Shown: positions 35,096-45,001 of the stretch, one piece after another
How positions within the stretch are numbered: the stretch's first letter is position 1
Layout of the letters: every line of letters begins with the position of its first letter
The notes under the pieces: model-generated
What the model was told of the DNA's origin: nothing
Database searches by the model: none
Seen by the model: the letters and a program-made list of their open reading frames with translations, nothing else
Position numbers and translations under genes: made by a program
Source: Kofleriaceae bacterium
GTDB lineage: Bacteria > Myxococcota_A > Polyangia > Haliangiales > Haliangiaceae
Reading direction: 5' to 3'
Assembly: GCA_041389925.1 (NCBI GenBank)
Contig: JAWKQX010000006.1
Coordinates: forward strand, 471,837 to 535,836
DNA: 64,000 bases

Positions 35096-35719
35096 ATGGC
35101 CGAGCCACGGCGTTACCTCGTAAAGGAGCTCTTCGGCCCGACGTTGCAAGGCGAGGGGGCGCACGCCGGGCGCGCCTGCGTGTTCCTGCGCTTCGCCGCG
35201 TGCAACCTCGCCTGCACCTGGTGTGACACCGACTTCGACGCCGCCGACGCGCGCAAGCTGACGGCGTCGGAGATCGTGGCGCGCCTCGAGGAGCTCGACG
35301 CGCACGGGAGCCGGGTGGTCATCGTCACCGGTGGGGAGCCGAGCCTGCAGTGGGACGTGGAGCTGGCGGACGCGCTGCGCGCCGCCGGGTTTCGCGCGCA
35401 CATGGAGTCCAACGGCACGCACGCCCTGGCGGCGCCGGTCGACTGGCTGACCCTCTCTCCCAAGCCGCAGTTCCACCAGGGCCGCTTCGCGCTTCAGCCC
35501 GCGCTTGAGCCCTCGGAGGTCAAGGTCGTCCTCGATGAGACCGTGGACGAGGACGCGCTCGAGGCGTATGAGCGCCGCTACGGCGACGCAGCGTTCTTTC
35601 TGCAGCCCTGCATGGGGAGCGCCTACGCGGCCTCGCTCGCGCGCGCGATCGAGCTCGTCGGTCGGCGGCCGCGCTGGAGGCTCTCCCTCCAGCTCCACAA
35701 GGTCATCGGCGTGCCTTGA
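35096..35719 (+). CDS. queE: 7-carboxy-7-deazaguanine synthase (radical SAM)
   Basis: The QueE-type CxxxCxxC variant is CNLACTWCDT, with LQGEG and GGEP motifs. 207 aa. Confidence 0.85.
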   Translation: MAEPRRYLVKELFGPTLQGEGAHAGRACVFLRFAACNLACTWCDTDFDAADARKLTASEIVARLEELDAHGSRVVIVTGGEPSLQWDVELADALRAAGFRAHMESNGTHALAAPVDWLTLSPKPQFHQGRFALQPALEPSEVKVVLDETVDEDALEAYERRYGDAAFFLQPCMGSAYAASLARAIELVGRRPRWRLSLQLHKVIGVP

Positions 35720-36269
35720 CGCCTTCTTGGTAGTCCCCGCTGAGCATGCCCAGGCCGACGCTGGCCGCGCCGAGCAGGCCAGGGATCATCAGGGCGATCC
35801 ACATGCTGACGCCAAAGTTGGCGCGTATCTTGGGGGCGCCGAACAGCGTGCACACCGCCATCACCACGAGGAGCGAGAGCAGGAACGCCCACGCGGCGCG
35901 CTTGCGGTGGTAGGACAGCGGGGTCAACACCAGCGCGAGCACGCCGCACGCCGCCAGGAACAGTGGCACCAAGACGAGGTCAGACTGGGACCGCAGCAGA
36001 TACGCTCCGATCGGAGCGCAGATGCCATACGCGAGCGCCAGCCCGTGACCGACATACCGCGGCCACTGGGTGGCGGCGATGACCGCGGCCGTGATGAGCA
36101 CCGCGGCCAGCAAGAACGGTACGGTCGCCTCGGCGCGGTACGCTGGCGTCGACGCCAGGTAGAACAGCGCGAACAGCATCGCCACGACGATGGCCCCGGC
36201 GATGGCGGTGGCGCCGATGGAGCTCTCGGCGGACGCGGGAGCGGAGGGCGGTGAGTCGGTGGTGGACAC
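35703..36269 (-). CDS. Hypothetical integral membrane protein (5-6 TM helices)
   Basis: Hydrophobic helices run throughout. There are no motifs. Convergent with queE and overlaps it slightly. Confidence 0.55.
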   Translation of the reverse strand: MSTTDSPPSAPASAESSIGATAIAGAIVVAMLFALFYLASTPAYRAEATVPFLLAAVLITAAVIAATQWPRYVGHGLALAYGICAPIGAYLLRSQSDLVLVPLFLAACGVLALVLTPLSYHRKRAAWAFLLSLLVVMAVCTLFGAPKIRANFGVSMWIALMIPGLLGAASVGLGMLSGDYQEGVKARR

Positions 36270-36341
36270 GCCCGCACCCTAGCGTGAAACCCCGGCGGCG
36301 TCGACGGCCGAGTGGGTGGCGCGGGCCGGGGCGGGGCGCGC

Positions 36342-37586
36342 CTATTCGGGCTTCTTGAACCAGGACGTGACCCGGCCCCAGACGCCCTTGGGCTTGTCGG
36401 CCGCGCCGCTCGGCGTCTCCACCGCGGGCGCCTTCGCGGGCGCCTCGCCCTCCGCGCGCGGCTCGCCGCTCGACTCGGCGGCGGCCGCGGTCGGGACGGC
36501 GGGCGCGTTGCCGAGGGACGGCGTCGGCGTGAGCGTCGACATGCGCGCGGTCGTGGTGAGCGGCGGGGCCTGCGGCGTCCGCTGCAACGACACCTCGCGA
36601 TCCTCGATCTCCTTGGCGTACTCGGACCGGAAGAGCTGGCGCACGAACTGGCGCAGCTCGTTGGGGGCGAAGCGATAGCCGGCGAGGAGGTTGTCCAGGT
36701 CGGCGGAGAGCTCCGCCGCGGTCTGGTAGCGGTCGCCGACGTCACGGGCCAGCGCGCGCAGGGTGATGGCGTCGAGCTCGGCGATGACCCGGCGGTTGAT
36801 GCCGGAGGGCGCCGGCACCTCGGCCTTGCGCACCTTCTCCATCAACGCGAACTCGGTGTCGCCGCGGAAGAGCTTCTGCGTGGTGAGCATCTCGTGGAGG
36901 ATGATGCCGGCGGAGAACACGTCGGTGCGCGCGTCGACGGGCATGCCGCGGATCTGCTCCGGCGACATATAGCTGAACTTGCCCTTGAGGATGCCGATCT
37001 CGCTGGTGAAGGTCATCAAGGCCTGCGCGATGCCGAAGTCGAGCAGCTTGACGTCGCCGTCGTAGCCGAGGCGGACGTTGGACGGCGAGACGTCGCGGTT
37101 GACGATGTTGAGCGGGCGACCGTCTTGATCCAGCAGCGTGTGCGCGAAGTGCAGGCCCTCGGCGATCCGCGCGGCGATGTAGATCGCGTGCGGGATGGGG
37201 ATGCGCTGGTTGGTCTCCTGGCAGCGGCGCAGCACCTGGGTGAGGTCCCGGCCGGCGAGGTACTCCATCGCGATGTAGTGGCGGCCGTCGATCTCGCCGA
37301 CGTCGAGCGTGTCGACGATGCAGCGGTTGCGGAGCATGGCCGCGAGCTTGCCTTCGCGGTGGAACATGTCGATGAAGCGCGCCTCGCGCGCGAGCTGTTG
37401 GCGCATCACCTTGATGGCCAGGAGCTGCTTGGGCGGCGTCTCGTCGGTGCGGCGGCCGCGGTAGACCTCCGCCATCCCGCCGCGCGCGATCATCCCGAGG
37501 AGCTGGTACGGACCGAACGGCGCCGGAGCGTTGGGGGCTCCTGGAGCGAGCCTGCCAGTCTGCGACGGGCGGTCCGAGTCAGCCAT
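36342..37586 (-). CDS. Hanks-type Ser/Thr protein kinase
   Basis: GGMAEVYRG, AIKVM, NRDVSPSNV, DFGIAQ and SPEQ. Co-transcribed downstream of a TPR-like secreted protein with a 12-bp gap. Confidence 0.85.
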   Translation of the reverse strand: MADSDRPSQTGRLAPGAPNAPAPFGPYQLLGMIARGGMAEVYRGRRTDETPPKQLLAIKVMRQQLAREARFIDMFHREGKLAAMLRNRCIVDTLDVGEIDGRHYIAMEYLAGRDLTQVLRRCQETNQRIPIPHAIYIAARIAEGLHFAHTLLDQDGRPLNIVNRDVSPSNVRLGYDGDVKLLDFGIAQALMTFTSEIGILKGKFSYMSPEQIRGMPVDARTDVFSAGIILHEMLTTQKLFRGDTEFALMEKVRKAEVPAPSGINRRVIAELDAITLRALARDVGDRYQTAAELSADLDNLLAGYRFAPNELRQFVRQLFRSEYAKEIEDREVSLQRTPQAPPLTTTARMSTLTPTPSLGNAPAVPTAAAAESSGEPRAEGEAPAKAPAVETPSGAADKPKGVWGRVTSWFKKPE

Positions 37587-37598
37587 CGACGCCGCAGT

Positions 37599-38885
37599 CT
37601 ACCACTGAACGACGTGACGCTGGCCAGGGGTGAGCTGGATCAATCTCTCTTCCTTTCGCGTGCCGCTGTCGTCTCGGAGGCGCACGCGCAGCTTGCGATT
37701 GTTCGCGGGCAGCGCGACCCCGACCTCGGGCGAGGAGACCCCCAGATCCATGAACATGTCGGGCGCGTTGGCGTTCTCGATCGCGATCCGCCCGAGCGGA
37801 TGCTCGAGCTTGTTGACGATCACCGCCCATCGGAACGTGAGCTCCGCGCTCGCGCCCGCGGAGACGGTCGCGTACTCGAACAGCGCCATCTCGTACTTGG
37901 GCGCGAAGCAGAGGCCCTTGTACACGCCGGGCGCGACCGCGACGCCGCCCTGCGGGAGTCCGCCGGACACCTTCTGGCGGTTGATCCACAGCTCGGTGCA
38001 CGGCAGGCTCGAGCTGACGATCAAGGTGCCGAGCTCGGCGTTGCTCTTGCGGAGATCCTTGCGAACGAGATCTGCGTTCGCGCCGAACGGGCGCTGCCGC
38101 AAGTATCGTTGGTAGAACTCGCGCTTGCGATCGGCTGCGCCGAGCTTGTCGTACGTGGCGCCGAGCTCGCGCAGGAACCCCGGGAGATCGGGCGCCAGCA
38201 CCTGGCCCATGTGGAAGTAGAGGAGCGCGTCGCCCCAGCGCTTCGCGCCGAACGCGGCGCGGCCCAGGGCGAAGCTGCGGTTCGCCTCGGGCGTCACCGG
38301 CAGTAGCACCAGCTTGTCCGCGAACGGATCGCTGCGCGCAGACAGCCGCGTGATCTCCGCGTTCGCGCGCTCGCGCTGCGCGTCGTCGGAGGTGGCCGCG
38401 GCGATCGCGCGCCACACCGCGACCGCCTCCTCGTTCTGCCCGGCGAGCGTCCACGTCTTGGCCAGCTTCTCGGCCTCTGCGCTCGCCGGGCCGCGCGCGA
38501 TCACCAGCGCCTGAAGCAGCGGGATCGCCCGCGCCCACGCGCGCGCGCGTCGGTGCTTCTCGGCGGCGGCGACCAGATACTGCGAGAGCTTGGTCCGCGA
38601 CATCGACGTCGCGACCGTGTCGATCAGCTCAGGCGCTTCGTCCTGCGCGGGCGAAGTCGGAGTTGGAGCCGTGGGAGACGTTGGAGCGGGACTAGAGGTC
38701 TTGGTGGGAGCAACGCTTACTTGTGAGGCGGAGTCCGTGGTTCGTTTCATGGGCTCTGCGATCGCTGAAACCCATGGAAGCGCAGCCACCATGTGGGTGG
38801 CGCCGACGACGAGGACGAGGAGCCGGCCGGCCCCTGGTCGGCTCGATTCCCTTCGTTGCTTGGTATGGCGCGCCAACATCGCCAT
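37599..38885 (-). CDS. Hypothetical exported protein with TPR-like helical N-terminal half, partner of the downstream kinase
   Basis: Signal-like N-terminus (LLVLVVGATHMVAALPWVSAIA). Helical repeats (ALLYFHMGQVLAPD... and YQRYL). Beta-rich C-terminal half. Confidence 0.55.
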   Translation of the reverse strand: MAMLARHTKQRRESSRPGAGRLLVLVVGATHMVAALPWVSAIAEPMKRTTDSASQVSVAPTKTSSPAPTSPTAPTPTSPAQDEAPELIDTVATSMSRTKLSQYLVAAAEKHRRARAWARAIPLLQALVIARGPASAEAEKLAKTWTLAGQNEEAVAVWRAIAAATSDDAQRERANAEITRLSARSDPFADKLVLLPVTPEANRSFALGRAAFGAKRWGDALLYFHMGQVLAPDLPGFLRELGATYDKLGAADRKREFYQRYLRQRPFGANADLVRKDLRKSNAELGTLIVSSSLPCTELWINRQKVSGGLPQGGVAVAPGVYKGLCFAPKYEMALFEYATVSAGASAELTFRWAVIVNKLEHPLGRIAIENANAPDMFMDLGVSSPEVGVALPANNRKLRVRLRDDSGTRKEERLIQLTPGQRHVVQW

Positions 38886-38919
38886 CAGAGTATCACGGGT
38901 GATAGTCTTGGCCAGCCAG

Positions 38920-39846
38920 ATGCATGTAGTGGTGTTTGAGCGAAATCGCGCAGTGGCTCGTCGAGTCGCTCGTCAACTCCTGGTGCTCGGGGCCGAGGTT
39001 GTCCTGATCGAGGAACCGCCGCAGCTGGCGGCCGCGCTGCCCGGCGCGCGCCTGCTGTGCGCCGACTCCTTCGACGGCGACGCGGTCGTCGAGGCGATCC
39101 GCGCGTATCCAGGGCTACGCGGCTTGCTCTGGACCGCGGAGCCCGCGCGTCGCTCCATGCGCCTGCTCACGCAGTCCGCCGGGCTCGCGAACTTGTGTGG
39201 CAGAAGGGACTTCGAATCGGCGCCGCGTCCCTGGGAGCTGCTCATGGTGCTGCGCCGACTGCTCAGCCCGGAGCAGGTCGCGGTCGGCAAAGAGGCGTTC
39301 GTCGACTGGGGCCACGGCGAGCTCTCCCAGGTGATCGCCAGCTCCGCGGAGCGCGACGCGGCGGTGGTGAAGATTCAGGACCGCATCGCCCACTTGCAGG
39401 TACCACGTCGCGTCGCCGAGATGTTCGGCGAGCTCGCGCACGAGCTGCTCATGAACGCGATGTATGACGCACCGGTCGACGTCCATGGCCGCCCGAAGTA
39501 CGCCGCGGATCGAAAGGCCGAGCTTCACCTGGAGGCTCACGAGAAGCCATCCGTATGGTTCGGCACGGATGGGAGTCGCTTGGTACTCCAAGTTGCCGAT
39601 AACTTCGGTCGGCTAGAGCGCCGACATGTCATGGAGGGGCTAGCGCGTGGCCTCGCAGGCGGCGAGATGGATCAAAGTCATGGCGGCGCGGGCCTAGGCA
39701 TGATGATGTGTCACAACTCCGCAGCGATCCTGATCTTTGATGTCTGTCGCGGGAAGCGGACCGAGGTCACCGCGATCTTCGAGCTAGACCTCAACCTCCG
39801 CGAATTTCGGAACCAAGCTCGCTCGATTCATTATTTCGAGTCATAA
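38920..39846 (+). CDS. Atypical receiver-like domain fused to GHKL (HATPase_c, RsbW/SpoIIAB-like) ATPase
   Basis: Start MHVVVFERN at 38920. The REC-like N-terminus retains the beta3 Asp (LLCADSFDGD) but lacks the acidic pair. The C-terminal GHKL boxes are a G1-like VADNFGRL and a G2-like GGAGLGMMM. There is no DHp/His box. Confidence 0.6.
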   Translation: MHVVVFERNRAVARRVARQLLVLGAEVVLIEEPPQLAAALPGARLLCADSFDGDAVVEAIRAYPGLRGLLWTAEPARRSMRLLTQSAGLANLCGRRDFESAPRPWELLMVLRRLLSPEQVAVGKEAFVDWGHGELSQVIASSAERDAAVVKIQDRIAHLQVPRRVAEMFGELAHELLMNAMYDAPVDVHGRPKYAADRKAELHLEAHEKPSVWFGTDGSRLVLQVADNFGRLERRHVMEGLARGLAGGEMDQSHGGAGLGMMMCHNSAAILIFDVCRGKRTEVTAIFELDLNLREFRNQARSIHYFES

Positions 39847-39858
39847 GATAGGCGCCGT

Positions 39859-42087
39859 ATGCAGTCTTCCTCGCTCGCTACCAATCTCGACGTCGGGGCT
39901 GACGACGCGAAGTTGACGTTGGAGAAGTTCGCCGACGGCGGAATCGCCTGTCTCCGGTTCACCGGGACCATCGACGAGAGCTTCGAAGGCAAGAAGCTAG
40001 CGGACACGGTCCGCTGCGAGACGCTGCTGCTCGATCTCGGGGGAGTGAAGAAGATCTCGTCCTTCGGGATCCGCGAGTGGGTGGACTTCATCACCGCAGC
40101 GTGCAAGCAGGCGGGCGCGGTGGTCCTCATCGAGTGTGGACCCAAGGTCGTCGACCAGCTCAACATGGTGGCGAACTTCGCCGGCAGCGGCCGGGTCTAC
40201 AGCTTCTACGCTCCGTATCGCTGCGACTACTGCGACGCCGAGCACCGCGTCCTGATGACGGCGGATCGCGATCACGAGACGGTGCGCTCGATGAAGCCGC
40301 CGACGCGTCCATGTCCGACGTGCAAGGACGCGATGTACTTCGACGAGGATCCGACCTCGTACTTCTCGTACCTGCTCTCGCAGGAGCGCTTCGAGCTCTC
40401 CGCCGAGATGGAGTTCTTCCTGGCGTCTCGGCTGAACTACTCGGTCAGCGACGTCGCGCGCAAGCTGCGCGTGGACAAGCTCATCGAGGGGCGGCTGACG
40501 TACGTGCGGCTCGCCGGTGATCTCGACTCGGGGTTTCCGCGCGAGAAGCTCGCCGACGGACTGGAGGGCCCGGTGCTGGTCGACGTCTCCGCGATCGGCC
40601 GGATCGAGCCCGCCGGCGCGGCGGAGTGGCGGGGCTTCGTTCAGATGATCACGCCGATGATCGAGCAGCTCTACCTCGTCGGCGTCGGGCCGGCGTTCCT
40701 CGAGAAGCTCACGCGGCGCGACGATCTCGGCGCCAAGGGGCTGGTGCTCACCATCGCGCTGCCGTATCAGTGCCAGGCCTGCGAGACGCACAGCACGTTC
40801 GCGATCGACGTGGAGCTCGCGTACGACGTGCTCAAGCTGGCGCAGGCGCCGGGGTACCGCTGCGGCCACTGCAAGGCGCCGCTCACCTGCGCGGCGAGCG
40901 AGGCGGTCCTCGCCGCGCTGCCAGGGCTGCCGAGGCCCACCGTCGGCGCCGAGCTCAAGCGCGTCGCCGCGGAGCTGACGACCCGCAAGCTCGAGAAGAA
41001 GAAAAACGCACCCGCTGCGGCCGCGCTCGCGGCGCTCGCCGCCGGGCCGCCGCAGGCCGCGCGCGGCGGCGGGCTCGCGACCGGCGTCGTGTCCGCGTTG
41101 GTCGCGCTCGTCCTCGTCGGCGGCGGGTTCGCCGGCTACCGCCTCTGGATGGAGCGACGCGCGCCGGACCTGGGCAAGATCACCGCGACGAGCGAGCCGA
41201 CGCGGCCGAGCTGGGTCGTCATTGGCGCCGCGGGCGCGGGCTCGTGCGCGGAGGCCGAGGCGGGCCTCTCCTGCGTCGGCGCCTCGGCGTTCTCGCCGGT
41301 GCAGGACGACGCGATCGAAGAGGCGCGGGACGTCGCGCTGGAGGCGATCGCCGGCGCGGTCGCGCAGCGGATCGACTCGCCGACGTGGCGCGCCGCCGCG
41401 CCGCTGTGGGAGGCCGCCCGCGTCGCCAAGCTGGGGGCGCTGGAGAGCAACCCGACCAGCAGCCAGGCGCGGCGCGAGGTGCGCCAGTCCCGGCAGGCGG
41501 TCGCGCGGATGCTGCTGGCGACCAGCGCCGGCGCGATCTCGCCTTCACCGACCAACCGCTACTGGGAAGAACGGACGTCCAGGGACGGCAAGCAATACGT
41601 CGCGTACGCGCGTTTCACGGTGCCGCGCGCGGCGCTCGACCGCATGATCGCCGAGTACGCCAAGGAGGCCAAGGCGCTCGGCGCCACGGTCGTCGGCGTG
41701 TTCCCGCTGCTGGGCTGGCGCTATCCAGAGGTGAAGGACGGCGCCATCGTGGTCGCGCTCGAGGGCGGACGCCTCAAGGAGCTCGGCGTCGCCGGGCAGT
41801 TCGTGATGCTCGAGGTCGGCGGGCGAAAGATCACCGGGCCAGAGAGCTTCGCGTCGCTGTTGCCGGAGGAGATCTCTCGGCTCCAGAGCAGCGGCGGGAC
41901 GCTCGAGCTCATGGTGCAAGCCGGGGACGGCGCGCCGCGCGCGTTCAAGGATCAGATCGTCCGCAAGGCCGCACCCGGGAGCGCCGCGCGTCCGGGGCAG
42001 GGCCGCAAGCCGGTCAACAACATCAACATCAACGTGTGGGACAAGACCGCCGGCCGCGGTGCCGGACGGGACGATCCCACGCAGTAG
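39859..42087 (+). CDS. Membrane protein with two cytoplasmic STAS-like domains, each followed by a CxxC...CxxC zinc ribbon, one TM helix, and a periplasmic domain ending in a PDZ-like fold
   Basis: STAS-like blocks are [24 protein letters not shown] and [24 protein letters not shown]. Zinc ribbons are CDYCD...CPTCKD and CQACE...CGHCKA. The TM helix is [18 protein letters not shown]. The PDZ-like segment is [31 protein letters not shown]. It starts 13 bp after the GHKL gene. Confidence 0.6.
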   Translation: MQSSSLATNLDVGADDAKLTLEKFADGGIACLRFTGTIDESFEGKKLADTVRCETLLLDLGGVKKISSFGIREWVDFITAACKQAGAVVLIECGPKVVDQLNMVANFAGSGRVYSFYAPYRCDYCDAEHRVLMTADRDHETVRSMKPPTRPCPTCKDAMYFDEDPTSYFSYLLSQERFELSAEMEFFLASRLNYSVSDVARKLRVDKLIEGRLTYVRLAGDLDSGFPREKLADGLEGPVLVDVSAIGRIEPAGAAEWRGFVQMITPMIEQLYLVGVGPAFLEKLTRRDDLGAKGLVLTIALPYQCQACETHSTFAIDVELAYDVLKLAQAPGYRCGHCKAPLTCAASEAVLAALPGLPRPTVGAELKRVAAELTTRKLEKKKNAPAAAALAALAAGPPQAARGGGLATGVVSALVALVLVGGGFAGYRLWMERRAPDLGKITATSEPTRPSWVVIGAAGAGSCAEAEAGLSCVGASAFSPVQDDAIEEARDVALEAIAGAVAQRIDSPTWRAAAPLWEAARVAKLGALESNPTSSQARREVRQSRQAVARMLLATSAGAISPSPTNRYWEERTSRDGKQYVAYARFTVPRAALDRMIAEYAKEAKALGATVVGVFPLLGWRYPEVKDGAIVVALEGGRLKELGVAGQFVMLEVGGRKITGPESFASLLPEEISRLQSSGGTLELMVQAGDGAPRAFKDQIVRKAAPGSAARPGQGRKPVNNININVWDKTAGRGAGRDDPTQ

Positions 42088-42157
42088 CGCTCACCGCGAA
42101 GCGCGAAGCGCGCTCGACCGTCGTGACATTCGGCGGCGGCCGCGCTACGCCAGCTCC

Positions 42158-42733
42158 ATGCCGACCACGCCGCGGCTCGTGCGCGCGACCTTGCGCGTCC
42201 CGTCGGAGGCACGCTGCCTCGCGGTGGTTGCGGACACACACTCGAGCCCTCACCCGCGCGCGCTCCCGGAGCTACGCACGATGGCGCCCACGGCGATCCT
42301 GCACGCCGGGGACATCGGAGATCTGCGCGTGCTGGAGGAGCTCGCGACGGTCGCGCAGGTGTTCGCGGTACGCGGCAACATCGACGCGCGCACGTCCGAG
42401 CTCCCCGACGTGCTCGTGCTCGACGTGCTCCGAGAAGGCTCCGCGGCGTCGCTCCGCGTCTTGCTCGTCCACATCGCGGTCGCCGGCCCGCGGCTCCGGC
42501 GCGAGATCGCCCAGCTCGTCGGGGCGGAGCACGCGAACCTCGTGGTCTGCGGGCATTCTCATGTTCCTTTCATCGGGCGTGACCGCGGCATCGCGGTGTT
42601 CAATCCAGGCTCGATCGGACCGCGCCGGTTCGGGCTTCCCATCGTGATGGGGTCGATCAACCTACATATGGACCGGGTACAGCTCGCGCACCTCGACTGC
42701 GAGACCGGCCAGCGTTGGGAGCCTCCGCGGTAG
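42158..42733 (+). CDS. Metallophosphoesterase (YfcE/MPP family)
   Basis: Start MPTTPRL at 42158. MPP motifs VVADTHS, HAGDIGD, GNID, GHSHV and GS. Confidence 0.75.
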   Translation: MPTTPRLVRATLRVPSEARCLAVVADTHSSPHPRALPELRTMAPTAILHAGDIGDLRVLEELATVAQVFAVRGNIDARTSELPDVLVLDVLREGSAASLRVLLVHIAVAGPRLRREIAQLVGAEHANLVVCGHSHVPFIGRDRGIAVFNPGSIGPRRFGLPIVMGSINLHMDRVQLAHLDCETGQRWEPPR

Positions 42734-42909
42734 TTGTGGTTGAACCCGATCCCGGAAGCGCTTGGATCCTCGAGGAACCCGCGCGAACGCAAGGAGTTGA
42801 GGGGCGTGTGCCGCGGCGCGTCGGCGCGGTGATCTTCAGTGGTCACGCCGAACGCTTTTTCTCACGAAGGATCACGCGCTCGCTCGATCGCTGCGGTACC
42901 GTCCCGCAG

Positions 42910-43755
42910 ATGTCCTCGTATCGCACTTGCGCCACGGGGCTCCTCGTCGGAGTCCTCGGCGTTGGCACCGCGATGGCCCAACCTGCGAAGCTCCAGCGCG
43001 AGTTTCAGGAGGGAGTGGACGCCTATCGCCTCGGGGAGTACGACGACGCGCGCAAGCACCTGGAGAACGCGCGCGCGATCGACCCATCGCTGCCGGGGCC
43101 TCATCGCTTCTTGGCTGCGGTGGCGCTCGCGGAGCATCGCTACAGCGAGTGTGTCGAGTCCGCTACGCGCGCCCTGCGCGCGGCGCCGACCTCCTCGGAG
43201 AGCGCCGACACGCGGCGGCTCCACGAGGAGTGCCGCGTCGCCGATGGGCGGCCCCGGTTCCTCGGCGCGTATGGCGGCGGAGGGGCGATCTCGCTCCGCG
43301 CGATCTTCGACGGAGAGCCCTGCGCCGCGGCGGTGACGATCGATCGCCACGCGGCGGGCAGCACGCCGGTGTTTCCGCGCGCGATCCCGAGCGGCACGCA
43401 CGAGCTCGTCTTCACGCTCGCCGGCGCGAAGCCGGCGCGCACGCAGGTCCATGTGCTCCGCGGCGTCGTCACCGACGTCGAGGTCACGCTGACCTCCGCC
43501 ACCGCGCCCGCCGCGGGCTGGCTCGTCCTCCCCAAGGAGCTGCTCAAGCGCGCGGACGTCGTCCTGCTCATCGACGGTGAGGTCGCGAAGCGCGCGCCGA
43601 GGATCGAGCTGGCGCCGGGCGCCTATCAAGTGGAGGTGCGCCGGGGACGGGAGCGTTGGGCCGGCTCGCTGGAGATCGAGAGCGGCGCGCCCACCTCCGT
43701 GCGCCCGGTCTTTCGCGCCAAGTCCTCCAACCAGGCGAAGAAGCCGAAGCGCTAG
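42910..43755 (+). CDS. Secreted TPR/PEGA-domain protein
   Basis: Start MSSYRTC at 42910 with a signal peptide (LLVGVLGVGTAMAQP). It has a TPR-like helix pair and two PEGA-like segments (AAVTIDRHAAGSTP and IDGEVAKRAPRIELAPGAYQV). Confidence 0.55.
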   Translation: MSSYRTCATGLLVGVLGVGTAMAQPAKLQREFQEGVDAYRLGEYDDARKHLENARAIDPSLPGPHRFLAAVALAEHRYSECVESATRALRAAPTSSESADTRRLHEECRVADGRPRFLGAYGGGGAISLRAIFDGEPCAAAVTIDRHAAGSTPVFPRAIPSGTHELVFTLAGAKPARTQVHVLRGVVTDVEVTLTSATAPAAGWLVLPKELLKRADVVLLIDGEVAKRAPRIELAPGAYQVEVRRGRERWAGSLEIESGAPTSVRPVFRAKSSNQAKKPKR

Positions 43756-43843
43756 GCCTGCCGCTTCTGTACCCGCCCTTGCTCCTTCCCTTCGCTCCTT
43801 GAACACCTCGCCACACACACATCCTAACCCGCCGAGCGAAGAA

Positions 43844-43873
43844 TTGACCCCTTTGCAAAACGTGGACTACAAT
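43844..43873 (+). promoter_or_regulatory. Sigma70-like promoter candidate (TTGACC-18 nt-TACAAT) upstream of lipoprotein gene
   Basis: TTGACC at 43844-43849 and TACAAT at 43868-43873, 35 nt upstream of the ATG at 43908. Confidence 0.4.
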
Positions 43874-43907
43874 TTTCGCCGAAGAGGGACGCGGTGCAAC
43901 GCGCTGC

Positions 43908-45001
43908 GAAATACTATGCACAAGCTGTCAGTAAGACTCCATCTGGCCCTCCCCTTGGTTGGCGCAGTCCTCATCTCGGGGTGCGTCGACGAGTTCAACG
44001 GCTCCAATATCCAGCTTGATTTTGGGCCGACGGTGCCGGCCCAAGTGCTGCAAGGGGTCACGCCGCCGCCTGGGCCGTTTCTGCTCCCGGCGAACACGCA
44101 CTACTCGCTGTACGGAGTCAAGGAGACTCGCGACGCCTCCGGAGCAGTGGTGTCCGCCGAGTACACGGAGATCCAGCGCTTCGAGATCCACCAGATCGTC
44201 GAGTATCAATCGCCCTGCTACATCGATCCGGTAGGCTCGCGGTTTCCGGGGCTGCACGCGACGCAGTTCGAGGCGCGGATGCGCGCGCAGACCGGTATCG
44301 CCGATCTCGCGAACCCTCCCGCGGGCGCGACGGAGGAGGACCTCATCGACGTCGCGACCGCGCTGCAGCGCAGCATGAACATCAGCGAGGTCAGCGGGCT
44401 GGGGCGGCCGCCGCGGGTCATCCCACGGCCCAACCTGCCGCCCAGACTTGATCCCGGTGGGCTCAAGGCGATCACGTCAGCGTCCACGGCCCTCTATCCC
44501 GGCGTGGCGACCGCCTGCGTCGAAGACGACGCGACCGTCGACCGGACGCTCATTCCACCGCCTCAGTGCATCCAGGACGAGTCGAACAAGCTCCGGCTGG
44601 AGCTGTGTTCGGCCGTGTGGAAGTCCAACCCGACGTTGTACGCCGGCACCGATCGCGTCCTCACCGAGCCGCTCGCCGGCGAGTACTTCGGCATCGTGAC
44701 CGGCCTCAACCCGATCAACGGCGCGGTGCTCGGCGGGTCCCAGTTCGTCGTCAAGAACATGTACGCGGACTATTCGCTCTACACCGTCAACTGGCAGTTT
44801 GATGACGCGAATGGAGACGGCGTGCCGGACTACCCACCGGGCGCGACCCCTAGCGAGTACGGCACGCCGGTGGCTACGGGACGGCCCTCCACCCCGACCC
44901 GCGGTGTCACGCGCGTGGTGATGGCGGGGATCGCATTGGCCGAAAACACGATTCAGATGTCGATCTTCTCCGACATTGGAGACGATGATGTTCACTTCTA
45001 G
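43908..45001 (+). CDS. Hypothetical lipoprotein
   Basis: Start MHKLSVRLHLALPLVGAVLISGC is a lipobox. No recognisable catalytic motifs. It lies upstream of the TSP3-OmpA/TBDR pair. Confidence 0.55.
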
